Origin: Guillardia theta CCMP2712
Taxonomy: Eukaryota > Protista > Cryptophyta
Reading direction: 5' to 3'
Length of the DNA: 64,000 nucleotides
NCBI RefSeq assembly: GCF_000315625.1
Contig: NW_005434500.1
Span: forward strand, 1-64,000
The position numbers and the translations under genes are program-made. Positions 10,681-21,701 of the stretch are shown piece by piece. The stretch's first letter is position 1; every line of letters begins with the position of its first letter. The notes under the pieces were generated by a model that worked only from the letters and a program-made list of their open reading frames with translations, did not search any database and had not been told where the DNA came from.

Positions 10681-11399
10681 GAAGGGTCAGCATGTCTTAA
10701 AGGAAGAAGGACGCTCTAGAAGACGATGGAAGGATTTGCTGACATTCTTTCCGACCATCCACTGTAGTAAACTGATTAACTTCTCCGGTCATCGAGACGA
10801 ACGGGCGGATCAATAACGAAAACATATCTTTTGGAACATTATAAAGGTAACAAAGAGTCAAAAGACTTATTTTCGAAGCCGTTTGTTTTCCAGTAGTGGG
10901 ACCTCTGCAAGGATCATAGCATCCACGTGGCTGGTACAAATCAACCTCAAAAGGAAGATAATTTTAGAAGCTTTGTACCAGCATCCTATCCTGCAACACC
11001 GCGAGTACCGGTACTTTTGTAGTCAAGTAGAGGGGTGAGCAAAGTTCTCCAGTGTGTCCTACGACACGTGTAAAGTGTGCCATGTTCCTTGGATCATAAG
11101 TTGGTTGACTGGCAAGCTGGACTGGCACTGACGAGGAGGGCAAGAATCTCATATGGTGATACTGAGTAGATCGAGGGGCATGGGATACCGGGAGAGGGAA
11201 ACGAGAGTCCTGTAAGAAAATTGCTAGCGACTGCTGTATCTTACAAGCAGGTTTTAAGGGATGGAGTTTTAGAGCGCCCGAGACCTGCCGGGATCCCGGC
11301 GGGGAGCCTTAACGCCCAGCCGGAGGGGCGGACATTTTACAGCAGCCTGGATTTCTAATGACAGGATTCTCGACTTAAAAAGAAATGATTTTATGTTAC

Positions 11400-11820
11400 G
11401 GTGGCACGGTGGTGTGGTAAACTGGCACTCGGCGGCCACCGTGAACTAGTAGTCAGTTTGGGCGTAGCCCGGGGCCCCGCCGGCCGGCCCGGCGGGCCGT
11501 GGCCGCGCCCGGCCGCCAGTGGCCTCGCCCCACAGCCTGCCGCACTGGGCTCAGCTGGGTCGGATCTTTCGTCAGCTCCGATGCCATCATCGCGGGTGCA
11601 TTCCGGTAGGCTATGCAACTCATTACGGTTTGGGGGACAGCCACGCAGTTCCCGTCGGGAGTCCGCCGAACGGTTCAACCGTTGGCAGGCCGCATGATTG
11701 GGTTTGGTTCCGAAGTTCGGCGGCTGCCGGCGCGGCCGCGAGTCGGGGCCGGCGGCCCACTCAGTGGCCCACCGTCACTTTCAGCGGCCCGGCCCCCCGA
11801 TACTCGGCAACCTGAACTAA
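11400..11820. repeat. GC-rich motif patch
   Basis: Dense CCGG/GGCC palindromes, same vocabulary as 3140-3795. Confidence 0.7.
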
Positions 11821-11927
11821 AAGTTTATCAAATCCTTTTACTTCGAGTGCCGCTACTATGTCGGATGTCGACTGTCTTTTCTCTTCTCGCCGTTTGGCCT
11901 GTGCGACTCCGTACTGAGTGTCCCTCC

Positions 11928-11971
11928 TCGACTCTCCTGATCGTCCTCGTACTGATTTTTAACTTAACTTT
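11928..11971 (+). repeat. 44-bp inverted repeat, left copy
   Basis: TCGACTCTCCTGATCGTCCTCGTACTGATTTTTAACTTAACTTT; its reverse complement matches 18401-18444 with one mismatch. Confidence 0.9.
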
Positions 11972-12418
11972 GAGTAAAAAGATGTCGGATGGGATGTTCA
12001 CTTGGGATGCTTCGTTGTCTTTGTTGCATGCTCTCCCACACACTCGGATGTCTTGAGATGGGATCACGAAGAGGCTGGCTGGAGGCACCTTTCAGCAAAG
12101 CTTGTTGGCTTCGGGTGAGTTTCATGCGGTCAGTCTTGGATGTTTTTTTGCTCATGATATGTGTGAGGCTGCGCTGCATTCTCATATAAATTCATACGAA
12201 TGCATATGAATGCAAGCCTAGGAACAAGAAGAGGTCAATGTCATGCAACTACTTTCCTGATTCTATCTTCTGATCCTATCTGAGGCTGATCCTATCTTCC
12301 TGATCTTTCTCTCTAACTCAATGAATGATTTTGAAATGTATGATTTTCTTTCTCTCTTTTTTCTTTTCTCTCGCTCTGAAGATGGATCATACGTCATCTT
12401 TTCATGCTACCTTTTTTG

Positions 12419-12554
12419 TCTGATGATGCTGTTTCATGAATGTTATCATGCATGATGAGTCTGATGATGCTGTTTCATGAATGTTATCAAGCATATGTGT
12501 CTGATGTTGCTGTTTCATGAATGTTATCAAGCATATGAGTCTGATGTTGCTGTT
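12419..12554. repeat. ~40-bp tandem repeat, about 3.4 copies
   Basis: Units TCTGATG(A/T)TGCTGTTTCATGAATGTTATCA(A/T)GCAT...; a short inverted copy lies at ~13121-13138. Confidence 0.9.
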
Positions 12555-13289
12555 GTCCTCTACTTGTATGATTTTCTCTCGCTCCTATCATCATGCATGC
12601 TCTACTCATGCAAGCTGCCAATAAGCCAGTTGCATACCATTCGATGCAGTGTGTGCGGTTTCTATTCGCTTCTGCTTGCTTCCTGTGTCCTTCAAAGGGT
12701 GTTTCTGATGCCATGTAAGTCAATGGTGTGAACGCCGCGTTCAAGTTGTCGGATCTCCGCTCCTGCACTTTGTAGATAAGCTCTGTTCTGTTTTCGATCG
12801 GTCACTCGTTTCTTGCGGTTTGTTTGTTCCGATGTCCTCTTGACATGTCGCTTGTGATGCAGATGCGATGTAGCAGCTCAGAAGATGCTCTTCACAACTT
12901 CGTCTTATGTTACGCCAGCTCACGACAGAGGATCAGATCCCTACGATGGCCAGCTGTAGGGCGGATGCCAGGTTCTTTGAGATGGACATCTGAAAAACTT
13001 CAATTACCTCGATGAATTACCTCTTGCAAAATGGGGCTCCATTTTCATGGCAGCTGCCATGATTCTTCAATCATGGCAGCTCTGCATTTATCCTTCCTGT
13101 TGTGAGAGAGAAAGACAGAGCAAACAGCATCATCAGACAGCATATTCCAACAGCATAAGAGATGCCATCTAGCCCGAACACGGTGAAAGATTGTGTGACG
13201 AAATGATGCGAATAATCAGTTTGACAAGGTAAAGCTGGTACATTCCAAAGCTAGTTCATCCTCCCTTTTAGAAACTCTTGTTGACACTC

Positions 13290-13829
13290 GTGGGTTGGAG
13301 CGACAAATAGGACATGGCCTACCAGCCGCTCCATCCTTGCACTGCTCACAGAGACACTTGTGTCCGCAAGGGATCAGCGCTCAGTCCGCCTTTCGTTCCA
13401 TGCACAGGACGCATTGCTGGCTATCGCCAGCTCTTTTGCTCTTGACTTGGCTTTATCATATTCCTGCTGAAGCTTTTCATATAAATTGCTGAAACTTGGC
13501 CGCTCAGACTTCTTCTCCCTCCAGCATTCCTGCATGATGCTGTACCCCGCTCGCCCCCAATCCCGTACCTTCTATCCCACGAGCGCATCCTCGTCAACGG
13601 CACTTCCGCTTACGTCCAGATTCCTACAAGGTCACACCGAACGCCCACACGTCGCTCTTCTCTGAGTACCGCCTTCTCCTGATGCTCTCCGGCGCCATCC
13701 ACCGGTAACGCCGAGCCGTTGACCGGCCGAACTCACTGCTGCAAGATTTTAACCTCCTGCTCGAACTCCAACCTCCTCTTAGTCGGCCCACTGCCTCGGG
13801 TTCGCTGCATGGCCACGTCGGTGCCCTGA
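13290..13829 (-). pseudogene. TKL/tyrosine-kinase-like kinase + C3HC4 RING pseudogene fragment
   Basis: QGTDVAMQ...EFEQEVKILQ (subdomains II-III); RWMAPESIRRRRYSEKSDVWAFGVTL*E (VIII-IX); IMQECWREKKSERPSFS (XI); then CVLCMERKAD*ALIPCGHKCLCEQC...CPICR. Contains stops, frameshifts and a deleted catalytic loop. Confidence 0.9.
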
Positions 13830-13989
13830 GGCTTGTCGGCAGTAGAGAAGAAGATGCTCTCCGCTGTTTGTATTTGTGCCCCTTAAGTAAGAGCGATCTA
13901 GACGGAAGTATTTCTCCTCCTTGCAAAATCCCATACCGTCAAGCCGAGCTTCTGATTCTGTGCAAGCCATGCTTGCTTCCGACAAGGGA
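13830..13989 (-). pseudogene. Duplicated 5' fragment of the Crinkler-type gene
   Basis: Near-identical to ~15389-15550 (MACTESEARLDGMGFCKEEKYFRLDRS...LLLYCRQA). Confidence 0.9.
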
Positions 13990-16049
13990 CCTTCGATTGA
14001 AATCAATACTCGCCACCTGGGCCATTGACAGCTCCTCCCCTTTCTTCCACATGTACTGCTCTAGCGCCCCGGCATCCTCGACAGGGGCTATTCGGAATAA
14101 CTCCTTGTTCTCCGGCGGGACGACAAAACAATCCTTATCGTCCATGTCCCACCTGCAGGAATCCCCAGAGCCTCAAGAGCAGTCAAAAAATACCAGAGCT
14201 TGAGAGAGTGATCCATTGACACTGTCAGCTGAAAAAACTGTACGACCTTCTCATCCTGATCTACAATGATTGCGTCGTAGCCACCTTGAAATTCACTGAT
14301 TGGTTTAAGACACGCCCTCGTGTGGGGAAGAGAGTCCGTGTGTTCTGACGAATCGAAGTTTACAACGAAATTGCATGCTTTTAAAACTTCAGGCTCACTT
14401 GACCCGCGGTAAGTTATGCTCAGGTCTCTTCTCACTTCCTCGAAAAAGAGCATCTCCAAAAGATGCCCACATAAGTCTCGCTGGCCACTACAGGACGTCC
14501 ACATTTTTCTCAATGTGTCAACCGCTCCCCGGGACGCCGCAAGATTGCTGGCCACGTACTTGCTCACAGGAAACCAGACCACCGTCTGCTGAGTTACCGT
14601 ACTGGCAATCAGCCGATTCGTGATATCCTCCGAGGAAACACCTGCGTGACCCCGTAAAAGATTTCGTAAGTTTGGAGCACTTTCAAGCGCAAGATCCAAG
14701 CACCGAAGGACCTCCGCCGCAGTCATGTCGAACATGTACCGACATGACCCACCTGCTAGGTAATGCTTATGCCTTACTCGCTGTTGTTTCGATTTCGACC
14801 CTGTAGTCATCTCGAGACTCAAAATCTCTCCTGTGACATTCATCTCCAAGGAAGGGGCCACCTGATTGTAAAACTCGTCAAACTGCACTGCCTCTAGATA
14901 TTCATCGATCCTCCATGATGGAACTATGTGCTCCTTCAGCCCCAACTCTCGATCCTCTTCATCGTAGATCTTTCCTCGAAACGCCGATGACATCACCACA
15001 ACAAGACGTCGATTTTGCCTGTCGGCTTCCCGCCATCCTACACATGCTACCAAAGCTCTCTTGTGAGATTCTTGGTAAGACAAATAGCCATCGAGTACCA
15101 TGAGGCTCTTTTTGCTGTCTGACAACCCTTCAAGCAACAGTGTCATCTGTTTCCACTCAGACTCCGTTGCGACAGAGTATGTTCTTCTCCTGTTGCCTGA
15201 AACCTCCACGACAAAGGTGTCGCTTATGGCCTTCAGCCTGATGCATGTGAAGCTCCACTCATTCCTATCCAGCACCATACAAAACGAAAGCGTTGTTGTT
15301 GTCTTCCCTGTTCCTGGACAGCCTTGTATCCATCCAAGAGCACCATGCTCTAGCACTTGCTCTCGCAGGAAACGGAACTGCTCCAGGAAGGCTTGTCGGC
15401 AGTAGAGAAGAAGATGCTCTCCGCTGTTTACATTTGTGCCCCTTGAGCAAGAGCGATCTAGACGGAAGTATTTCTCCTCCTTGCAAAATCCCATACCGTC
15501 AAGCCGAGCTTCTGATTCTGTGCAAGCCATGCTTGCTCCCGGCAAGGGACTCTTGGGACAGGGCTCCTCTTTCAATGGTAGCAGCTGTCGTGGCTGCTTC
15601 ACTTTCTTCCAAAGCTGCTTCTTGTCTTCACGAAGTTCTGCATGCCTCCTCCGATTCTGTCGCCCTGCACTCTTGATCTCTTTCTCTACTCCCTTGATCT
15701 CTTTCCTTATCCCCCTGACCTTCTTCTTGGAGCTCTCATCTCCTCCGCGCAACGTGAGACATTTTCGTACATCACCAACATTCGACGGGTTACTCTCAGG
15801 GGGTTCTAACAAAGTTTGTGCAGACCTTGATTGCAACCCTCCGCTCAAACATGTCAAAGGTGTCAAAGATCTAGCAACTCCAACGGCCGCACGAAAGCTA
15901 CCTACCAGCTCCCTCCCTTCAGCGAGCTGCGTGCTGGCCGGGCTCTTGAAGCATGCTAAGAGGACAAACAGACCATACATGGCTGGTTCCCGCACCCCGG
16001 ACACCATGACGTCGCTTTTATCTGAAGCTATCGGATCCATGTAACACAC
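13990..16049 (-). CDS. Crinkler/RHS-type (CR) protein: P-loop NTPase + PD-(D/E)xK-type REase, with a 1-bp frameshift near the C-terminus
   Basis: Walker A GCPGTGKT, Walker B LMVLDG, AGGSCRYMF, GHLLEMLF, and FQGGYDAII...FFQLTV..DHSLKL. GACAAAACAA at ~14120-14130 is one A shorter than in the paralog, which shifts the IVFVVPPEN tail out of frame. Confidence 0.8.
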
Positions 16050-16193
16050 ATTTTTTTTCTGTCAGGTTTATAGTTTTGAGCTATAAATTGAACAATTTCG
16101 ACGTCGCTTTTATCTGAAGCTATCGGATCCAGGTAGGATTCAATGTAATACACATTTTTTTTCTGTCAGGTTTATAGTTTTGAGCTACAAATT
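16008..16193. repeat. ~85-bp direct duplication at the 5' end of the Crinkler gene
   Basis: 16008-16090 is repeated at 16100-16193 with a 12-bp insertion. Confidence 0.9.
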
Positions 16194-16376
16194 GTTGCCC
16201 GAGTCAGTGAGGCGACGAAACTAGGAGAGTTTATTGACTGAAAAAGTTTCGGTGGTGAACCGTTGCGGTCGAGTTCGTCAGCAAGTTCCTAGCTCCTCAC
16301 GGGTTTCCCGCGCCGGGCGAAGTTTGGCTTCAGGCTTTCTTAGCTCCGCTCGGCGGTACTCCCATCGTGTGACATC

Positions 16377-17711
16377 ATGAACATGGTTGGAGAGCAACTT
16401 GATGAAAGCACCGATCATGTGCTACAGGAGATAGCAGCAGCGGGAAGGAGGGGAGACTGGAGGAGGCTCGCAGAGATAATGGGGCAGAACGAAAGCGAGA
16501 ATGAGTTGGCAGCAGCAGTAGAGGCTATGTTGTCGATCGTCTTGAAGGAGGAGCTCAAGCCTGATGAGGAGGAAGCATGGGTGGCAGGAGCGATAGATGC
16601 GGTGATCTCGGCGATGAAGCGAGGATCTCTGTCTGTCAACGAGAAGCTAGCTCGAGGAGGGTGTGAGATTTTCCGATTATTGTCACCAAACAACAATGTT
16701 GCCACCAAGATCGGGGAAGAAGGAGCAATAGCAATCATCGTCGCCGCCATGCGCGCTCATCTTGACAGCCTCTCCGTGCAGGAGCATGCTTGCGCGGCGC
16801 TGATCAACTTATCTCGCGGCAACCGTGAAAACAATTACTTGATATTCAAGGCGGAAAGCATCCCTGCCATCGTGGCTGCCATGCGCGCTCACCCCAACAG
16901 CCTTGTGATACAGGAGTTGGCATGTCAGGCGCTCAACTGCGGCTTTGCCGACATCTTCCACATTGCGAGAGCCCGTGGTGTCTCCGCCATCGTCGCCGCT
17001 ATGCGCGCTCACCCCAACAGCTGTGTGATACAGGAGCAGGCATGCAAGGCGCTCCGCGATCTTACCGACAACGAGGAAATCGTGGGGATGATCCTGGGTG
17101 CAGGAGGTATCCCCGCCGTTGTTGCCGCAATGCGCACTCACCTTGACAGATTGGAGATACAGAAGAAGGGATGTTTGGTGATCTTGAGCCTGATTGCAAA
17201 CGAATACGAATTCGGTGGGATAGTTTCCAGAATACTAGAGGAAGGAGCCATCCACGTGCTCATCGCCGCCATGCGTGCTCATCGTGACTGCCTGGAAATG
17301 CAGACGTTGGCTTGCAACGTATTCAGGATGCTGAACATGGAAGACATACATGGCAACTGCAAGGAGGAGCTACGGAAAGCAGGAGTCATCGCCGCCATTG
17401 TCGCCGCCATACGCGTGCATCCTGATAGTCGTGAGTTGCAGGGCATCGGATGGATGATGCTGGTGAGCTTACAGGCTTCCCATGAAGACGAAACCCAGCA
17501 TCACCCATGGGAATCGCTCGAATCTTGGAACTCAGACGATCAGTCAGATGCCTGCTCTCAGTTGGCCAATGCTCTTTGTCTTGAAAGATGTGAAAAGCTG
17601 AGAAGCTACCGCCGCAAACCTAGACTGTACAGCAGCACTGTGGGCGTCAGTGACGCCCTCATACAGCCTCCGGCTCGGAATGGTTCCTATCCATGGCTTC
17701 CGTACGGCTGA
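16377..17711 (+). CDS. Armadillo-repeat protein (long uninterrupted ORF)
   Basis: Repeated AIVAAMRAHPxSxxIQExACxAL units with a period of roughly 40 aa. Confidence 0.9.
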   Translation: MNMVGEQLDESTDHVLQEIAAAGRRGDWRRLAEIMGQNESENELAAAVEAMLSIVLKEELKPDEEEAWVAGAIDAVISAMKRGSLSVNEKLARGGCEIFRLLSPNNNVATKIGEEGAIAIIVAAMRAHLDSLSVQEHACAALINLSRGNRENNYLIFKAESIPAIVAAMRAHPNSLVIQELACQALNCGFADIFHIARARGVSAIVAAMRAHPNSCVIQEQACKALRDLTDNEEIVGMILGAGGIPAVVAAMRTHLDRLEIQKKGCLVILSLIANEYEFGGIVSRILEEGAIHVLIAAMRAHRDCLEMQTLACNVFRMLNMEDIHGNCKEELRKAGVIAAIVAAIRVHPDSRELQGIGWMMLVSLQASHEDETQHHPWESLESWNSDDQSDACSQLANALCLERCEKLRSYRRKPRLYSSTVGVSDALIQPPARNGSYPWLPYG

Positions 17712-17779
17712 TCCAAGTAACTTCATGATTCCTGAAAGGACCCGAACGGTATGATCGGCGACTGACCGTTCAGGTGTAG

Positions 17780-18400
17780 CAATCCGGCCATCCAATGACT
17801 CCGATTATCCGATGAACAGACTCATCATGGCATCGACTCAGCCTCACGGTGAGTGGCAGCCGCAAGACTCAGACTCTTGAACTGCCACCCGCCGCGGCGT
17901 TAACTTGAACTTGATTAGTAAACTCAGATGGCAGACTCAGCGGCTACCGTGACTGGCTATGATCGGACCCCCGCTGAAAAAGACTGCCTCGATGTTCAAG
18001 TTTCCTTCGTACCGTACGGGCCCGGCGTAGTACCCGGTGAAGGCTTGAACGCCGCCGGACTTCTCAGCCTCAGCCCACTGCTCAGTGACTCGAGGCATCA
18101 GTCCCGGAGTCCCGGGGCCGCCGGCCCGGCGGCCCGGGCCGAGAGTCACTGCTCAGGCTGTCATCGCCGTGACTCCCGGAGTGGGGGGCCCCCCGGCGGT
18201 GCCAGCCCTGAGCCGCTGCCGCCCCGGCGCGCCTAAGTGACTGAGCCTCGGAGTCGGGTTCGCAGTCTCCGGGGCCGAGCCTGGCAAGGCCCTGTTGCCG
18301 CCGCATCATGATTGGACTCTCGCCGGGTGACTCGGGCATTTACCGCCGTAGTACGGAGTCTCAGCCGGGCGGGCCAACTCCGTCGGACGGCCCGGTAATA
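17780..18400. repeat. GC-rich GASTC/GTSAC motif patch
   Basis: At least a dozen GACTC/GAGTC sites in ~600 bp, plus CCGG palindromes. Confidence 0.8.
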
Positions 18401-18444
18401 AAAGTTAAGTTAAAAATCAGTACGAGGACAATCAGGAGAGTCGA
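18401..18444 (-). repeat. 44-bp inverted repeat, right copy
   Basis: Matches the reverse complement of 11928-11971 (43/44). Confidence 0.9.
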
Positions 18445-18674
18445 CGTAAGTGAAATCATTGGCCCACCGGTTGAGGGCACCACTTCAAATATTTATCTTC
18501 AATTTAAAATTTACAGGTATAATTTCAAAACAAATCTATTTATTAGAACACCGAGAATGAGAACCGTTGAGAATGTCTACCGTCGGATGGAGAAAGGGGG
18601 AAAGGGGAAGAAATGGGAGGGAGGAGACAGAAGGGACCAACAAGCTCAGCATGTGACAGGATAGAACCTACAAG

Positions 18675-18748
18675 CCAGGACAGGACAGGACAGGACAGGA
18701 CAGGACAGGACAGGACAGGACAGGACAGGACAGGACAGGACAGGACAG
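18675..18748. repeat. (CAGGA)n microsatellite
   Basis: Directly visible. Confidence 0.95.
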
Positions 18749-19110
18749 GGACACACTTCCCATTAGAATGATCGTGGAAGAGCAATGCATTTGCGTTCGG
18801 CTGATAGGTTTAAAGGGCATCCTTGAGATAAATCAGGTTCTGTGATGGAGATGAGACGGGGGGAGGTAGTCTGTGGTATCGGAAGTGAGGCAAAGAGATT
18901 AGAAGATTTCAGCCAAAAGGGCTTGTTGTTCGAACGAGGGCATGTCTCCATATTCCAAGCCATACTTCAGTGCATGTCAGGAAAACAACGATCGCCCTCC
19001 GATCTGATGTTTGCTGTCCCGACAGATCTTATCATTTCAGATCGTTGATATCGAGCAAGGGGCCTCTCGTATCCTCATCACCATAGCAATTCCCGTGGAA
19101 CAACAAGCCG

Positions 19111-20120
19111 ATGGCCACCAGCGAGTTCGCTAACGGCAACCAGGACAACTTCTACTCTAGAAAGTTTCGGAGCATACAGTCCGGGGACGCCGTCCCTTAT
19201 CGCTGTTACTGTCCCATCGCTCCCATCAAGTACTCAGGGCACAAGCCCATGATGTCACTCGAGTGTATCGACGTGAAGCCCTACAGTCGTCACATGGCCC
19301 CCGCAGTCTCGTACCCAAGGTTCCTTGACCAGTAAGATGAAGCTCTTCCTACTTCTCCTCCTCCTCCTCCTCTACTCCCTCCTGCCTCTATCAAACCCAC
19401 TGAGCATGAACCTCCAGGAGAACAGAGCGGCTGTCGACGGGCATGAGCTCGTATAGCAAGCTTGTCTCTCCCTTTCCCCGTCACGACATGGACCAACTCA
19501 AGGCTCCCACGTTGCAGGCTCGACCTCCTGCTTCCTCCAGCTCAGCTCTGATGACCCTTGCAGCAACTCGAGGGCAGGTCGCGGATCCTGAGCCCGGGGA
19601 GCAGGTTTGTTCCGATGACAAGGTAGGTCAAGAGGAGCTTCCAGTCGCTTCCTCCTTCTCTCTCTCACGTCCTCTGCGGTGGCAGGGGACGTGAGATGGT
19701 TCGCCCTCAGACAGCTCCTGCCCTCGGACGGCGGCAGGTGAGGGCTGTGCGAGTGGACTGTGGCTGGTGACGGGATGTTGCAGCTTCACCTAGCAGTGCC
19801 GGACGATGTGATAGGAGCGGAATTTGACCACTCGAGTAGAGCTGCATGCTGCTCCATGACGATTCCTGACTGTTTGTTCAGCACATGTGCGACGATACTT
19901 CACCAGCAACCAGATGCACCTGGTCGTCACCTCGCTCCTGTTGCTCTGCTCACTCCCTGTGTCCAGGTTTCTGGATGGCCGTGAGGAGAAGAGAAGGAGA
20001 GAGCAGAGCAGAGCAGAGCAGAGCAGAGCAGAGCAGAGCAGAGCAGAGCAGAGCAGAGGAGCTGTTGTGGAGCCTGTGCCAGTTGCATGAATGTAAATAT
20101 GTTCCGGAGATATTGCTAGT
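19111..20120 (+). CDS. Multi-exon hypothetical protein
   Basis: ATG-initiated coding-like exon (MATSEFANGNQDNFYSRKF...) ending at GTAAG, followed by further short exons; (AGAGC)n lies in an intron. Confidence 0.5.
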
Positions 20121-20521
20121 CGGGATTTTGAACACAGCAGACGTTAAACTCTCGTTTTCCGTTCTCTCCTTCTACCCGGTTCCTGCCTCTTCTCCCATCC
20201 CTCTCCTCTCTGTGTTCCTACAGACAACCAAACATCCTCAAGCCCTCCCGGGCTTCCCGTCCGGCGCTCGTGATTTGAAATGTTCGCTGCTGCAAGAGAC
20301 TCGCCGATCAGAGGGAATGTCAGGTCGTGAGGAGGAGGAGGAGAAAGAAAGTGGGGGAGGAGTTGAGCCGCTGCGATAACGGGGGGGAGAGGCAGCAACA
20401 GGTAGCTACTAGTGCTGCACCAGGACCTACGTGAAAAAGAGAAAAAGGGGCGAAAAGGGGAGGAGGGGAGGAGGGGAGGAGAGCGAGCAGGTCAAGAGGG
20501 TCGGAAGCAGGAGGAGGGAAC

Positions 20522-21335
20522 ATGGCACAGTCAAGAGAGTTCGACGATCCTCTGCCGCATGCTCGATACAAAGGTGAGTGGAGAGAAAGCAGATGTTTGG
20601 ACAGGGAAAGAGAGAGGGCAAGAAACTTTCGCATGTTATGTTGCATGTCATTGACCTGAACTCACCATCTTCTCATCAGGACATCGCAAACCCAAGACGG
20701 AGTACAGTGTTGAGTCAGGGAAGGTCAGCCCTCTAGCCGTAGCAGGAGGTCGCTGACAGCAGCGGCAGGAGGTTCCCACCTGGAGCACATCCCTCCTTCA
20801 TTGCCTCGACAACCCTCGCATGGTCTTCAGCCTCGCCTCCTCTCGTCGCTGACTCGCTCCCAGTGCTTGTGTGCCCTCACGGGCATCGGCGTCTGCGTCA
20901 TCCACGGGCACGTGCATGACGGTAACTCGCTCCTCCTCCTCCTGTCGCTTCCTCACTCCCTCTCTCAGCTCTCGTCAGCGACGGCTGCTGCCTCAGCTGC
21001 TGCCAGGGTATCATCACCCCAGGAGAGTGCGGTAGGCAGAGAAGACACTTCCGTCACCGCTTCGGCATTCCTGTACAGCCTCCTCCTCTCCTCCTCTCCT
21101 CCCCTCCTCCTCTCCTCCCTCTCAACCTGCTAACAGGCGAACAAACGCTGCGGAAGCTGCTTCGGAGATTGCATGCAGGCGACGTTTTGCTTCCCCCTCA
21201 CGGCGATGCAGGTGAAGGAGAGCTCAAGGGAGGGGTGGGGGTGACGCTAGTGGGCAGGAGGCAAGAGAGCTAGAGGTCAGGTCTCGACGGCGATGGACAC
21301 CATTGAAAGGTTCACAAGCATGTGCTCTCAGTTGA
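20522..21335 (+). CDS. PLAC8 family cysteine-rich protein (multi-exon)
   Basis: Exons encode WSTSLLHCLDNPRM, CLCALTGIGVCVIHG, GCCLSCC and CGSCFGDCMQATFCFPLTAMQ/EARELE, matching the PLAC8 N- and C-terminal motifs. Confidence 0.8.
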
Positions 21336-21701
21336 AGTTGACGACAACAAGGGTTTCGAGGACGAGGAGAAGACGTTTATTCTACGATCTGCGGAGAAGA
21401 GAACTTTGACCGAGGTCGACCCCTGGTCTCGTCATGTTTGTTTGAGGATTGATTGTGCTCCTGTAGTGCTTGTGGGGTACTTTGAGAAACCGAGAGACAT
21501 TCTGAAAGACGATGGGTTCGAGACAGGTGATAGCAAGTAAGATTTTCTCATCTTACTTTGCAAACTTTCAGTTCAGAGTGAACCCTCCAGCGCACGTTCT
21601 GAGATTTCCCGTCAAAATGAGCCCCCGGCAACGCAGAACTCGTTGCGATGACGACATAGCAAACAGAAATCATCGAGAAGCGATCAGAGCAGATCAGATG
21701 G

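Noticed and set aside
11260-11305. GCCGGGATCCCGGC hairpin as a Helitron 3' end
   Set aside because: The CTRR and A/T insertion context is not satisfied, and no 5' end was identified.
12419-12554. CRISPR-like array
   Set aside because: Contiguous tandem units without spacers, in a eukaryotic context with no cas genes.
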